From assembly GCA_016188075.1 (NCBI GenBank), contig JACPIO010000014.1, forward strand, positions 1 through 60,790: DNA of 60,790 nucleotides. Reading direction: 5' to 3'. The notes under the pieces are model-generated. The model was not told where the DNA came from. It made no database searches and saw only the letters and a list, made by a program, of their open reading frames with translations. Made by a program: the position numbers and the translations under genes. Source of the stretch: Candidatus Wolfebacteria bacterium (lineage in GTDB: Bacteria; Patescibacteriota; Minisyncoccia; UBA6257; UBA9933). Position 1 is the first letter of the stretch. Each line of letters opens with the position of its first letter. This document shows positions 34,599 to 43,790 of the stretch, one piece after another.

Positions 34599-34808
34599 TT
34601 ATTGCCGGAGGCGCGTGGACTGGTTGAAGCGGGGATCGTGGCGAACGGTTCTTCCTTCTCCGTTATGTTCATCGCGGAGAAAGACGAATTCGAGACGTCG
34701 GCACCCCTCCTCTTTTTTATCATCAATGAAGTCGTGGAGGCGGGTTTCGTCGATGATTTCTTGGCCGCGTCCGTTATCCCTTCGCTTCCACCTGACTAGG
34801 ACCTGCAT
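34599..34808 (-). CDS. Hypothetical ORFan
   Basis: AGGAGG SD before ATG on the minus strand. Confidence 0.55.
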   Translation of the reverse strand: MQVLVRWKRRDNGRGQEIIDETRLHDFIDDKKEEGCRRLEFVFLRDEHNGEGRTVRHDPRFNQSTRLRQ

Positions 34809-34826
34809 GATCCCCTCCTGTGGCGG

Positions 34827-35036
34827 TTAATGGGTCCGCGCCGAGCGGACCCGGTGCAAAACGCCGACCGGTAGTTGTAGTACCACTACCGGTATTACTT
34901 CGTTGGGAGTAATCCAAAGAAGGTTTTTACAGCCGGGGCATTTTTCGTTGCGTCCCCTTGGTACTAAATCGATCCGGCGCAACCTCGTTAGATTGCGCGG
35001 CAACTTCGTTTGACAAAGCGGACACTTGCTTTCCAT
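34827..35036 (-). CDS. Small zinc-ribbon ORFan
   Basis: CPLC...CPGC; GGAGG SD. Confidence 0.6.
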   Translation of the reverse strand: MESKCPLCQTKLPRNLTRLRRIDLVPRGRNEKCPGCKNLLWITPNEVIPVVVLQLPVGVLHRVRSARTH

Positions 35037-35220
35037 CGCCGCACCCTCCCTTCTTCTTTTGTTCTTGTTCTATAAATTAGAATACAAAAAATTGATAATC
35101 TTTGTCAACCGTTGGATAGCGCCGTTTGGCGCCGCGCCGTTTTTAGGGATTATCGAATAAGCCGTTATTCAACATAGAAATTCAATTAAATTTCCAATTG
35201 TTTTATTTACATTGTTCCTT

Positions 35221-35365
35221 TTTAATCTAAGTGAACCCGTCCGCGCCGCAAGCGGCGCGGCATCAGGGCGGGTTCGATCCAATAAGGGTCGGCTCCGCCG
35301 AGATTCATAGTTGCGCCATTCATCCTCGCCGCAAGCGGCGAGGAATTGCTGGCGCTTGGATTAAA
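35221..35365. mobile_element. Putative non-autonomous IS200/IS605-like miniature element
   Basis: Two GCCGCAAGCGGC hairpins near the ends, bounded by TTTAATCTAAG/CTTGGATTAAA; no ORF. Confidence 0.5.
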
Positions 35366-35535
35366 TCGCTACGTTTAAACGTAGCGCCGCGAGATCGGCG
35401 TATTAAACCATCGCATCCTTCCAGGCGTGGGGTAAAATACTTTATGAACGGCGTTTTGGCGATGGCAGTAGTCGCGAAAAGAAACGCGCGCGAGTTGAAC
35501 TCGCTTGCTCTTAAATTTTACTTTATAATTTACAT

Positions 35536-36168
35536 ATGAATCCCGACTGCGATAATCTTATAAATTCTTTAATTAAGGACGGCTACTTGAAGACGCCGGA
35601 AATTATTGAAGCTTTCCGGGCGATTGATCGGCAGGATTTTGTGCCGGAGGAATACAAAAAAGACGCTTACGTGAACGCGCCCTTGCCCATTGATTTTGGC
35701 CAGACCATTTCCCAGCCTTTGACTGTGGCTTTTATGTTGGAACTTTTGGAGCCGAAAAAAGGGGAAAAGATTTTGGACGTCGGCGCCGGCTCTGGCTGGG
35801 TAACAGCGCTTTTATCTTGGTTAGTAGGTGAGACTGGCAGGGTTTTGGCTATCGAAAGGATTCCGGAGCTTCAAGAATTTGCCGAAAAAAATACGGCTAA
35901 ATACAGCTTTGTGGAAAGGGGAATAGCGAAGATTGTTAAAGCAGACGGCTCCAAGGGCTATTCCAAAGAAGCGCCCTATGATAAAATTATTGGAGGAGCC
36001 GCTAGTCAGGGCGAGATTCCGCCAGCGTGGCGGCGGCAGCTTAAAATCGGCGGCCGGATAGTGGCGCCTGTTGATCAGAGTGTCTGGATGATTGACAAAA
36101 CCGGCAAAAACCAATATAGTCAAAAAGAATATTTCGGCTTTAGTTTTGTGCCATTAGTAAAAGATTGA
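35536..36168 (+). CDS. pcm: Protein-L-isoaspartate O-methyltransferase
   Basis: GQTISQP, LDVGAGSGW, APYDKI and QLKIGGRIVAPV. Confidence 0.95.
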   Translation: MNPDCDNLINSLIKDGYLKTPEIIEAFRAIDRQDFVPEEYKKDAYVNAPLPIDFGQTISQPLTVAFMLELLEPKKGEKILDVGAGSGWVTALLSWLVGETGRVLAIERIPELQEFAEKNTAKYSFVERGIAKIVKADGSKGYSKEAPYDKIIGGAASQGEIPPAWRRQLKIGGRIVAPVDQSVWMIDKTGKNQYSQKEYFGFSFVPLVKD

Positions 36169-36211
36169 GATGCGGGAAGGAGCTTAAAAATATTAATTAA
36201 TCTTAGTAAAA

Positions 36212-37816
36212 ATGGGCGAAGGAAGCGGTAATAGAGAAAAAATAAAAGGAACAGGATTCAGAGGGGGCGTGGAAGCCGCCGGTCAAACTCAATCGAAGAA
36301 AGTTCCAAGAAGAGGATCCCGGAGGGGATCATCAACGGAGGAGCGACTCGTTAGTCGACGTCGGTCGAAGAAATTTCGGAAGGAGCAACTTGAAGCAGTA
36401 ATAACTGCTTTTGAAGAAGCGGTTCGCGGTGGCGAGGAAAATCAGATTGAAATCCTTCGTCAAGAATTACGGAAGAGCTGGCAGAAGAATATACCGGAAA
36501 CAAGCAGGGAAAAGCTTGATGAGTTTATTAGAAGGATAGAAGATGGGGCTTTGGAAGGGCGGATTGAAGCGGAACCAGCAAGGAACGCAGAGCATCTTGA
36601 AGCGGACTACGAAGCGGCATTCCGCAGGTATCTAGAAAGTTTTCAGGAGGAGAAAAGAAGGAGGCTTAGCCCGGAAGAATTAGATGAATCCTATTTAAAG
36701 AAATCTGATAGTAAGGTTAGATGGAGGGAATTTCTGATTCGAGAATTCAAAAAAACTCAATCTGAATTATCTGACGAAGAAGCGAGTAAATTGGCAGACA
36801 GAGCGATAGATGAACTTCAAGAAAGAGTTGTCGAGGAAGTAGGGGTGAAAAAACCGAGAAAGCCGGTTCCTCCAATAGAAGAAGCCTTAATTTTAGGAGC
36901 GGATGAGGAATACACGCCGCGGAGGCATGAAGAGCGGCGCGATCCGGATTTGATTAAAAAGGATCTGTACAATGTTTTAAAAATTCTATATCCCGCGGAT
37001 TCTCAAGGACCCAGTTATAAAGAAACAGCCGAATATAAAGATGCTGTTGTTCAATTAAGAGATTTGGGAAGTGAGTTAAGAAATTTTCATACTCATGAAG
37101 GAGTAACTGTTGATGAGGCTAATAAAGCAGTGCGCGATACCATTCGAGAAGTGCGGGATACTATTCTAGAAACGCGGGAACGAGTTCGTAGAGAATCAGA
37201 GGTGGGGAAGCGGGCGCCGGCGCCGGAACCAGCGTCGACTCTCGAACAGCTTCCGGAAAGTATTCAAAACTTTATCAGAGAAGAATTTACACCTTCATAT
37301 CGAGAGTTTTTTGAATTTGAAGAACAAAATAAAGGCAAACCGGAAACCGATAGAACCGCCAAAGATTTATCTCGAGAGAATACCTTAAGGGCAATGTATT
37401 TCGCTAAATCAATAAGGTTAGCAGAGTTATTAACTGCTTTTTGGGGAGAGTCTTACACTAAAGAACAAGCGGGGAATTTGGCAGTTAAGATATCTAATGC
37501 CATCGAAGAAAAAGTTAAGCAAGAAGTAAGAGCGGAAATAGAAACGGGCGCGCCAGTCGTCGGAGGAGAATCATTGGAGCGGCCGGCGGAAGAAGCAGGA
37601 GCGCCGGTACTCGAGGCGGAAGCGGCGCCTCCGCGGGAAACAAGAATTACTAAGATATTTGATCAAGTGATGGAATCCGCAAGAAAATCCCTTGAGGAAA
37701 AGTATAAAGATTTTGATTCGGAAGAACGAGCAGTTCTCGTTGTGGCAGATTTAATAATCCTTCGCCCGCAGATAAGAAAAAAAATTGAAGAAACAATTCC
37801 CAATCCCAACGAATAG
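36212..37816 (+). CDS. Large acidic, helical hypothetical protein
   Basis: 534-aa E/R-rich ORF with no recognisable motif. Confidence 0.75.
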   Translation: MGEGSGNREKIKGTGFRGGVEAAGQTQSKKVPRRGSRRGSSTEERLVSRRRSKKFRKEQLEAVITAFEEAVRGGEENQIEILRQELRKSWQKNIPETSREKLDEFIRRIEDGALEGRIEAEPARNAEHLEADYEAAFRRYLESFQEEKRRRLSPEELDESYLKKSDSKVRWREFLIREFKKTQSELSDEEASKLADRAIDELQERVVEEVGVKKPRKPVPPIEEALILGADEEYTPRRHEERRDPDLIKKDLYNVLKILYPADSQGPSYKETAEYKDAVVQLRDLGSELRNFHTHEGVTVDEANKAVRDTIREVRDTILETRERVRRESEVGKRAPAPEPASTLEQLPESIQNFIREEFTPSYREFFEFEEQNKGKPETDRTAKDLSRENTLRAMYFAKSIRLAELLTAFWGESYTKEQAGNLAVKISNAIEEKVKQEVRAEIETGAPVVGGESLERPAEEAGAPVLEAEAAPPRETRITKIFDQVMESARKSLEEKYKDFDSEERAVLVVADLIILRPQIRKKIEETIPNPNE

Positions 37817-37842
37817 AATTTAGCGTTTGAAGGTCAGTTTTT

Positions 37843-39414
37843 ATGGCAACAAATACCGATAAGACTTCGGGGATTGATAGAGAAAAGATTCGGGAAGAAA
37901 CGAGGGCATTAGCTTTCGACGAAATCGACCGTTTGGCGGCCGAGGAAGTTTCTATTTCGAAAACGAAGAGGATTGGCGGCGAAGGGGTCGTACTCGATCG
38001 GGAAAAGATTCGCGAAGAGGTGAGAGACGAGGCTTTTGGTCAGATTGATCGGTTGGCCGCTGAGATCCCGGTGTCGGCCGAACCGTCACCGGCGTCTCGT
38101 ATTCCAGAGAAATGGGAAGATTTGCCTGCGGATTTGCAAAAATTAAAAGACGAAGTGCTCCCGCTTTTTAGAAAGTACTATGCTGGTACGATGATAGAGG
38201 TGATTCAAGGGCGGGAAGAAGTTAATAAATTAGGAATTAGAACGGGCGATCTTTACAGTACCGCTTCCGAGAGGTCTGATCGTATTCAAGATGAATTGCG
38301 TCAGCATTTTGAATCGCTTGATCCGCAGACGCCAAATCAGATTTACGTAGAAAGACTAATGAACCGTTTGAATGATCAGGCCATCGAAGAAGCGGAATCA
38401 GAAACAGGGCTTAGTTGGGTAGAGGCACAAAGGATGCTAAATGAGAGAGAGCGGAAGCGTGAAGAAGCAGGTAGAAGGAGAATGCCTTCACCGGAGCCGC
38501 CGCGAGTACCCGAACCTGCATCTCCGCCATCTGGCCCAGAACCGCCGGCGCAACCCGTACCGCCGCCGCGAAGAGAACCGACTCCGGAAAAAACTTCAGA
38601 GGAAGCGTGGAATGTTTTGAAGGAAGCAAGAACAGCCTACGCGGAAGCGTATCGCAAACACCAACATAGTCATAAAGAGAGACTGGGATTTTTGAGAAAA
38701 ATCATTTTTGAAATCAAAGGCGGAGAATACCCAGGTGATGATTTTTTGGCTCAAGTCAAAGCTAAATATGATGAGGCCAAGCTGGTTTATGGTCAGGCTT
38801 TGCGCCGCGAGGGAGTAGAAGCGGGTCAGATTTTCAAAGAGGTAATTATAGCCGAGAAACTCTCGCTCCAAAAAGAACAAATTGAGACTTTGCCGCCGAA
38901 GGAAAAAAATTTATTGGGTAAAGCTTGGGATTTATGGAATAGACAGAGTAGATATACGAAGGTGGGTGTTTCCGTTTTTATAGCAACCGGAGCGTTTGCC
39001 AGCGCGCCTCTGGTTATGGCTGGAGCAACGGGTTTTACCAGTATTTCAGCCGCTTTGCTTTTTGCCGGACAGCGTTTTATTCGGGCTGCGGCTATTTCTT
39101 CACCGATTGTCGCGGGATTTTTCGAGCGCACTGGAGAATTCTTTTTTTCCGAAGGCAAGACTCAAGATAGAAAAGAACAGGCCATTTCGCGTTTGCAAAG
39201 CAAGTTTTCCTTAGATGCTATTGGAGCAGCAGACGAAGAGTATGGTCAGATTTTGCGGGAAGAAGCGAGAAGACAAAAAATGAAGTTCGCGGTTAAAGCA
39301 GGAGGACTTGTTGTAGCTGGGTCTGGATTAGGTCTTTTAACGTACTATCATGGCGGTGGATTGGTAGGGCGCGGGGGAATTAGGTGGAGTGAGAACATTG
39401 ATGCCTGGCGATAA
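37843..39414 (+). CDS. Large hypothetical membrane protein (Pro-rich linker, TM segments)
   Basis: Internal repeat DREKIREE.R..AF..IDRLAAE; hydrophobic C-terminal segments. Confidence 0.75.
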   Translation: MATNTDKTSGIDREKIREETRALAFDEIDRLAAEEVSISKTKRIGGEGVVLDREKIREEVRDEAFGQIDRLAAEIPVSAEPSPASRIPEKWEDLPADLQKLKDEVLPLFRKYYAGTMIEVIQGREEVNKLGIRTGDLYSTASERSDRIQDELRQHFESLDPQTPNQIYVERLMNRLNDQAIEEAESETGLSWVEAQRMLNERERKREEAGRRRMPSPEPPRVPEPASPPSGPEPPAQPVPPPRREPTPEKTSEEAWNVLKEARTAYAEAYRKHQHSHKERLGFLRKIIFEIKGGEYPGDDFLAQVKAKYDEAKLVYGQALRREGVEAGQIFKEVIIAEKLSLQKEQIETLPPKEKNLLGKAWDLWNRQSRYTKVGVSVFIATGAFASAPLVMAGATGFTSISAALLFAGQRFIRAAAISSPIVAGFFERTGEFFFSEGKTQDRKEQAISRLQSKFSLDAIGAADEEYGQILREEARRQKMKFAVKAGGLVVAGSGLGLLTYYHGGGLVGRGGIRWSENIDAWR

Positions 39415-40351
39415 AATGCCGCGGGTCCCTGAAAGCCCAATAAGAGAGGTTGAAATTCCTAAGGGGGTTATGCCAGCGGAGGTAGGCAAATCATCAGCCG
39501 AAGCCGCGCCGCCGGAGAATGTGGTTCCAACACGCGAATATCTAAGCTCAACTAAGATAGAGAAGGGCGAAGGTGTCTGGCATGGTGTTTACCGAATTCT
39601 TGATCAAGAACTCAAGGGCGATCTTAAGGAGTTTAATTCGAGATTCGGGAAGTTTGGTGTTCAAATTAAGCCCGAAGATTTAGAAAATCCCGTTAAACTA
39701 AAGCGGATTTTGAATAAAGTAACCGGAAAACTTTTAGTAGAGCAGGGTTATATGAACGACGTTGAGTTGAGAGTTACGAGGCCTGGAGTGGAAATAATTT
39801 TGAATTCGGATGACACCATTAGTTTTGGAGAGACAGGCAGAGTTCTCCGTGAAGTGCCAAGAGGAACAGTGGAAACAGTGGGCGGAGCAAGGGTCGAACC
39901 GGATTCAGTCGCGCCCGAAACACCCGAATACCAAATACACGAACCCGGCAGAAGTCCTCTCGGTATTCAAGAAGAACGCGGCATAAGAAGTTTTGAGGCC
40001 CCGCAACCCCTAAGGGACCCCTTGGAACCTATTCCCGGGATTACCGACATCCTATCTTCTGGCCAAAGGGAAATTTTGGAACATACCTTTAACAGAAATC
40101 TTCTTGTCCGCGACGAGCTCTTGGAGGCGGGATTAGATAATATAGCAAATCAAATCCAACGGGGGAAATTAGGAGTGGAACATTTTAACGAATATCTCTG
40201 GGAAAATAAATTTATTGCCGAACCGCTGCCCCGGCACACGGTGGAAAATTTTAAGCATAGTTTTAAAATTATAGGCGGATCGAACGAAGCGGCGAAGAAA
40301 GTCGCGTTAGAGTCAATGAGGGATTTTTTGAAGAGAATTATTAAGCAGTAG
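39389..40351 (+). CDS. Hypothetical protein, possibly the frameshifted C-terminal part of the upstream gene
   Basis: Overlaps the upstream ORF in another frame; this frame is open from 39368. Confidence 0.6.
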   Translation: MRTLMPGDKMPRVPESPIREVEIPKGVMPAEVGKSSAEAAPPENVVPTREYLSSTKIEKGEGVWHGVYRILDQELKGDLKEFNSRFGKFGVQIKPEDLENPVKLKRILNKVTGKLLVEQGYMNDVELRVTRPGVEIILNSDDTISFGETGRVLREVPRGTVETVGGARVEPDSVAPETPEYQIHEPGRSPLGIQEERGIRSFEAPQPLRDPLEPIPGITDILSSGQREILEHTFNRNLLVRDELLEAGLDNIANQIQRGKLGVEHFNEYLWENKFIAEPLPRHTVENFKHSFKIIGGSNEAAKKVALESMRDFLKRIIKQ

Positions 40352-40408
40352 GAAGAGGCAAAAGGTCGTGAGAGTAATCGCAAATAATGCGAATAAAAAA
40401 GTAACTTT

Positions 40409-40717
40409 ATGGATTCGATTCTTAAGCAAAATATTATTCAAGATTTAGGTATTGACCGCTTGCCGGCAGACGAACAAGAAGAAGCCTTGCTTTCCATCGG
40501 CCGGATTATTTTTCAAGGAGTTTTAATTCGAGTGATGGGGCTTTTGGGCGAAAAAGACAAAGATGAGTTTGATAAATTATTGACGGAAAAAGCCGACGAC
40601 GAAGAAGCGGTTCTGAAATTTTTACAGGCAAAATTGCCCAATTTGGACGAAATCGTTAATAATGAAATCGCCATGTTCAAGCGTGAAAGTCTGGATTTTA
40701 TGCAGGCTTTGAAGTAA
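40409..40717 (+). CDS. Small helical protein (DUF5663-like)
   Basis: LGIDRLP..EQEE...IG..I motif pattern. Confidence 0.6.
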   Translation: MDSILKQNIIQDLGIDRLPADEQEEALLSIGRIIFQGVLIRVMGLLGEKDKDEFDKLLTEKADDEEAVLKFLQAKLPNLDEIVNNEIAMFKRESLDFMQALK

Positions 40718-40783
40718 GATAATGTTGTGATTGATGCTCGGGCGCTTGACATTTGATACTTGACACTGGTAATCTTATCTTTA

Positions 40784-40870
40784 ATCCGCAGACAAGAGGT
40801 GGACCGTTGCGCGGTCAGAAAACCTCTCGAGGATGTTTGTTTTTTCGTCTGCGGCTCTGGTCGCGGATTT
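40784..40870 (+). promoter_or_regulatory. L10-leader-like autoregulatory RNA upstream of rplJ
   Basis: CCGCAGACAAGAGG...AAAACCTCTCGAGG; TTGACA at 40746 and TAATCT at 40770 upstream. Confidence 0.6.
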
Positions 40871-40961
40871 TTTATTAGAGTAATCGCTAATAATGCCAAT
40901 GACTGCAAATAACGCGAATTAGCATTATTTGTTTTTAATTCGCATTATTCGCGAACACTCT

Positions 40962-41444
40962 ATGCTTACCAAGCTCCAAAAATCCAAGCAAATCGAAATC
41001 GGGAAAAAGCTTATTGAGGAAAGCCGGAGTTTGATTTTTGTTGATTTCGGCGGAGTGAGCGTAAAAAATTTGGAGAGCTTGCGCCGGAAATTGAAAGAGA
41101 TCGGCGCCCAGCTTAAAGTTATAAAAAAGCGTCTGCTTCGCATAGCTTTCGAGAAAAGAAATTTAGATTTTAATCCGGAGCAATTTGAGTTGCAAGTGGG
41201 GACGATTTTTTCGCCGAAAGAAGTTTATGAAGTGGCTGGTTCGATTTCGAAATCCGGAGTGAAAATTTTAGGCGGATACGATTTAGAGTTGAAAAGTTTT
41301 TTTGACGCGGAAAAAGTGAAATTCTTCGGCAATTTGCCGTCTCGGGAAATTTTATTGGGACAATTAGTGGGAATGATTGCGGCGCCAATTAAGATGCTGA
41401 TGTATGTGTTAAAAGAGAAGTCAAAAATGGTCGATACGAAATAA
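40962..41444 (+). CDS. rplJ: 50S ribosomal protein L10
   Basis: LKVIKKRLL and LPSREILLGQL; upstream of rplL. Confidence 0.93.
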   Translation: MLTKLQKSKQIEIGKKLIEESRSLIFVDFGGVSVKNLESLRRKLKEIGAQLKVIKKRLLRIAFEKRNLDFNPEQFELQVGTIFSPKEVYEVAGSISKSGVKILGGYDLELKSFFDAEKVKFFGNLPSREILLGQLVGMIAAPIKMLMYVLKEKSKMVDTK

Positions 41445-41534
41445 TCCATACGAAAATACGAAAACATACGAAATTACGAAATATACAAAACACCTTTCGT
41501 ACTTTCGTAAAATTTCGCGATTTCGTAAGGGGCT

Positions 41535-41903
41535 ATGGATAAATTCAACGATATTATCGAAAAAATTGAAAAATTAACCGTTGTCGAACTCGCCGAATTA
41601 GTGAAAACCCTTGAGGAAAAATTTGGCGTCTCGGCAACCATGGCTGTCGGCGCTCCCGCCTCCGCCGAAGCTTCGGCGGGCAAGGAAGAAAAATCAACCT
41701 TTGACGTTATCCTTAAAGCTGTCGGCGATCAAAAGGTTAATGTTATAAAAGCGGTCAAAGAAATTACGGGCTTGGGCCTCAAAGAATCCAAAGACTTGGT
41801 TGATGGCGCGCCCAAACCGATTAAGCAGGGACTTAAAAAAGAAGACGCGGAAGAAATAAGAAAGAAATTGTCAGATGTGGGAGCAGTGGTGGAGTTAGCA
41901 TAA
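41535..41903 (+). CDS. rplL: 50S ribosomal protein L7/L12
   Basis: LEEKFGVSA and [14 protein letters not shown]. Confidence 0.98.
   Translation: MDKFNDIIEKIEKLTVVELAELVKTLEEKFGVSATMAVGAPASAEASAGKEEKSTFDVILKAVGDQKVNVIKAVKEITGLGLKESKDLVDGAPKPIKQGLKKEDAEEIRKKLSDVGAVVELA
41655..41684 (+). repeat. 30-nt GC palindromic element in frame in the rplL hinge
   Basis: CCCGCCTCCGCCGAAGCTTCGGCGGGCAAG; same arms as the hsdR copy at 58121-58183. Confidence 0.85.
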
Positions 41904-41992
41904 AGCATGAAGCATGAATCATGGAGCATGAAGCGTAGATAGAAAAAAGGCGTCTTGAAGAAGGCGTCTTTTTGTTCTATTTTTAAGGAGAA

Positions 41993-42066
41993 GGGCTCGT
42001 AGCTCAGCTGGTTAGAGCGTTCCGTTCACATCGGAAAGGTCAGCCGTTCAAGTCGGCTCGAGCCCA
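41993..42066 (+). tRNA. tRNA-Val(CAC)
   Basis: GGGCTCG/CGAGCCC; TTCCG-TTCACAT-CGGAA. Confidence 0.93.
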
Positions 42067-42086
42067 CAGTAAAAAAATCAAAGATT

Positions 42087-42446
42087 ATGCAGGAATTTTT
42101 CACAAAGAATAAAATTGTAATCGCCATATTAGTCGGTTCGGTTATAGTCGGAGGCGCTATTTATCTCTCGCGTTCGCCGGAGTCGCCGGGAATTCAACCG
42201 ACATATCAATTTAATAATGCTCCGAGCGAGGCTAGCATTCTTGATTCGATTACAAAGTCGCCTCAAGGGGCAAATACCAGTTGTGTTATTAAGGGTAATA
42301 TTAGCTCAGGCGGAGAAATTTATCATTTACCCGAGTGTGCTTCTTATGATAAAACTGTAATTAATGAAAACGCAGGAGAAAAGTGGTTTTGCACTGAAAC
42401 CGAAGCAGTTAGTGCCGGTTGGCGCAAGGCGAAAAATTGTCCGTAA
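42087..42446 (+). CDS. Membrane-anchored protein with a Cys/His (Ada-like metal-binding) C-domain
   Basis: TM segment; CVIKGNIS..IYHLPEC..Y...WFCTE.EA..AGWR. Confidence 0.75.
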   Translation: MQEFFTKNKIVIAILVGSVIVGGAIYLSRSPESPGIQPTYQFNNAPSEASILDSITKSPQGANTSCVIKGNISSGGEIYHLPECASYDKTVINENAGEKWFCTETEAVSAGWRKAKNCP

Positions 42447-42487
42447 CGATTCAATTTAAAAGGGACGCTTTGTTTATTTTATAAAAA

Positions 42488-43420
42488 ATGTTTTCAAAAC
42501 CCGTAATACTGGATTCATCCGAGATAAAGAAGTTTGCACAAGGAGACATAATGGACTTGGTTATTAAAGTCGATAAAAATAGATACTTTAATGTAATATT
42601 TGGCGAAGATATACTATTCCGTATCTTAAAAAGAGATTCAGTTATAAAAGAAAAAAATAACCTTAAAAAACTTGTTCGTCATAAAAACCTCGTTGAGAAA
42701 AATAATCTCGAGATCATAAACCAAATAATTGCTCTTGATACAGAAATAAAAGCAATAATTAATAATGATAGATTTTCCGTTAATAAAAAAAGTGGCTACG
42801 ATGACAAAATCGTTTTGATAGAAGATAAAACAAAGCGATTAAAAAACTTAGAAAAGATTTTAGGAGTAGGATTATCAAAAGAAGATGAGATTAGTATTTG
42901 CGGACATTGTAATGCATTTAGATTCGGAGAGGTGATAGGTAAAAGTTTAGGATCTAAAAACCAAGAACGGGAATGTCCTATATGTTCGAGAATTATAAAT
43001 AAATCTTTTGATGTTTTATGTCTTCCCAATGCGATAAAGGATTTTTTAGCTGGAGAATGGTTTGAATTTTATGCATCTAAATTTTTCGAATTAAATGAAT
43101 GGAAAATATTTACAAGGGTTTATGTCTTTGGATCTTCTGGGGTGGAGCATGAGGTTGATTTTTTGGCAGTGAAGAAGGGAATTTCAATTATCGGAGAATG
43201 CAAGACTGGTAATATAACGAGGAGGGATGTTTCAAATTTTATTGCAAAGTATTATGATATAAATTGTACTTACGCAATGTTGATAAGTATAAATAGAGTA
43301 GATCCAGGTACATTAAAATATATAAGAAAAAATCCAAATCTTATATATCTCGATAATATAAAGAAAGATTCTAATATTAACAAGAAAATATTACAATTAG
43401 ATAAAGCTTTAGTAAATTAA
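42488..43420 (+). CDS. PD-(D/E)XK nuclease with zinc ribbon
   Basis: CGHC...CPIC; GEWFE...HEVDFL...GECK. Confidence 0.75.
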   Translation: MFSKPVILDSSEIKKFAQGDIMDLVIKVDKNRYFNVIFGEDILFRILKRDSVIKEKNNLKKLVRHKNLVEKNNLEIINQIIALDTEIKAIINNDRFSVNKKSGYDDKIVLIEDKTKRLKNLEKILGVGLSKEDEISICGHCNAFRFGEVIGKSLGSKNQERECPICSRIINKSFDVLCLPNAIKDFLAGEWFEFYASKFFELNEWKIFTRVYVFGSSGVEHEVDFLAVKKGISIIGECKTGNITRRDVSNFIAKYYDINCTYAMLISINRVDPGTLKYIRKNPNLIYLDNIKKDSNINKKILQLDKALVN

Positions 43421-43423
43421 AAC

Positions 43424-43699
43424 ATGTCTCAGGTTTTGAATTGGACACGTGAGAATATAGAATCAGTTCCAAACGGAATGGGTTTATACGTTCTTAGAAA
43501 TTTCCCCGGGTTAAATGGAATTATTTATATTGGTAAAAGCCTGACTTTAAAAAATAGACTGCTTGAGCACTACAATCTCGGAGATGTGCCGGAAGTGTTA
43601 TATTTTGATTGGTATCCTATAAATACTTCTTCGGAAATAGATAGATTAGAAAGAGAATGGATAATTCAATATAATCCTAAATATAATCAGAGAATATGA
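43424..43699 (+). CDS. Small GIY-YIG nuclease
   Basis: GLYVL...IYIGKS..LKNRLLEH...E...I....PKYN. Confidence 0.85.
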   Translation: MSQVLNWTRENIESVPNGMGLYVLRNFPGLNGIIYIGKSLTLKNRLLEHYNLGDVPEVLYFDWYPINTSSEIDRLEREWIIQYNPKYNQRI

Positions 43700-43790
43700 T
43701 AGGTGATGGGTTTGTATGCCGAAGTCCCCGCAAAATGTGGGGATTTTTGGTGTTTGTTGCTAAAAAGAAAATCTGTCATAATTGTTTATT

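Noticed and set aside
8622..41937. Short repeat arrays as CRISPR
   Set aside because: Units are 7-9 nt, degenerate and without unique spacers, and there are no cas genes.
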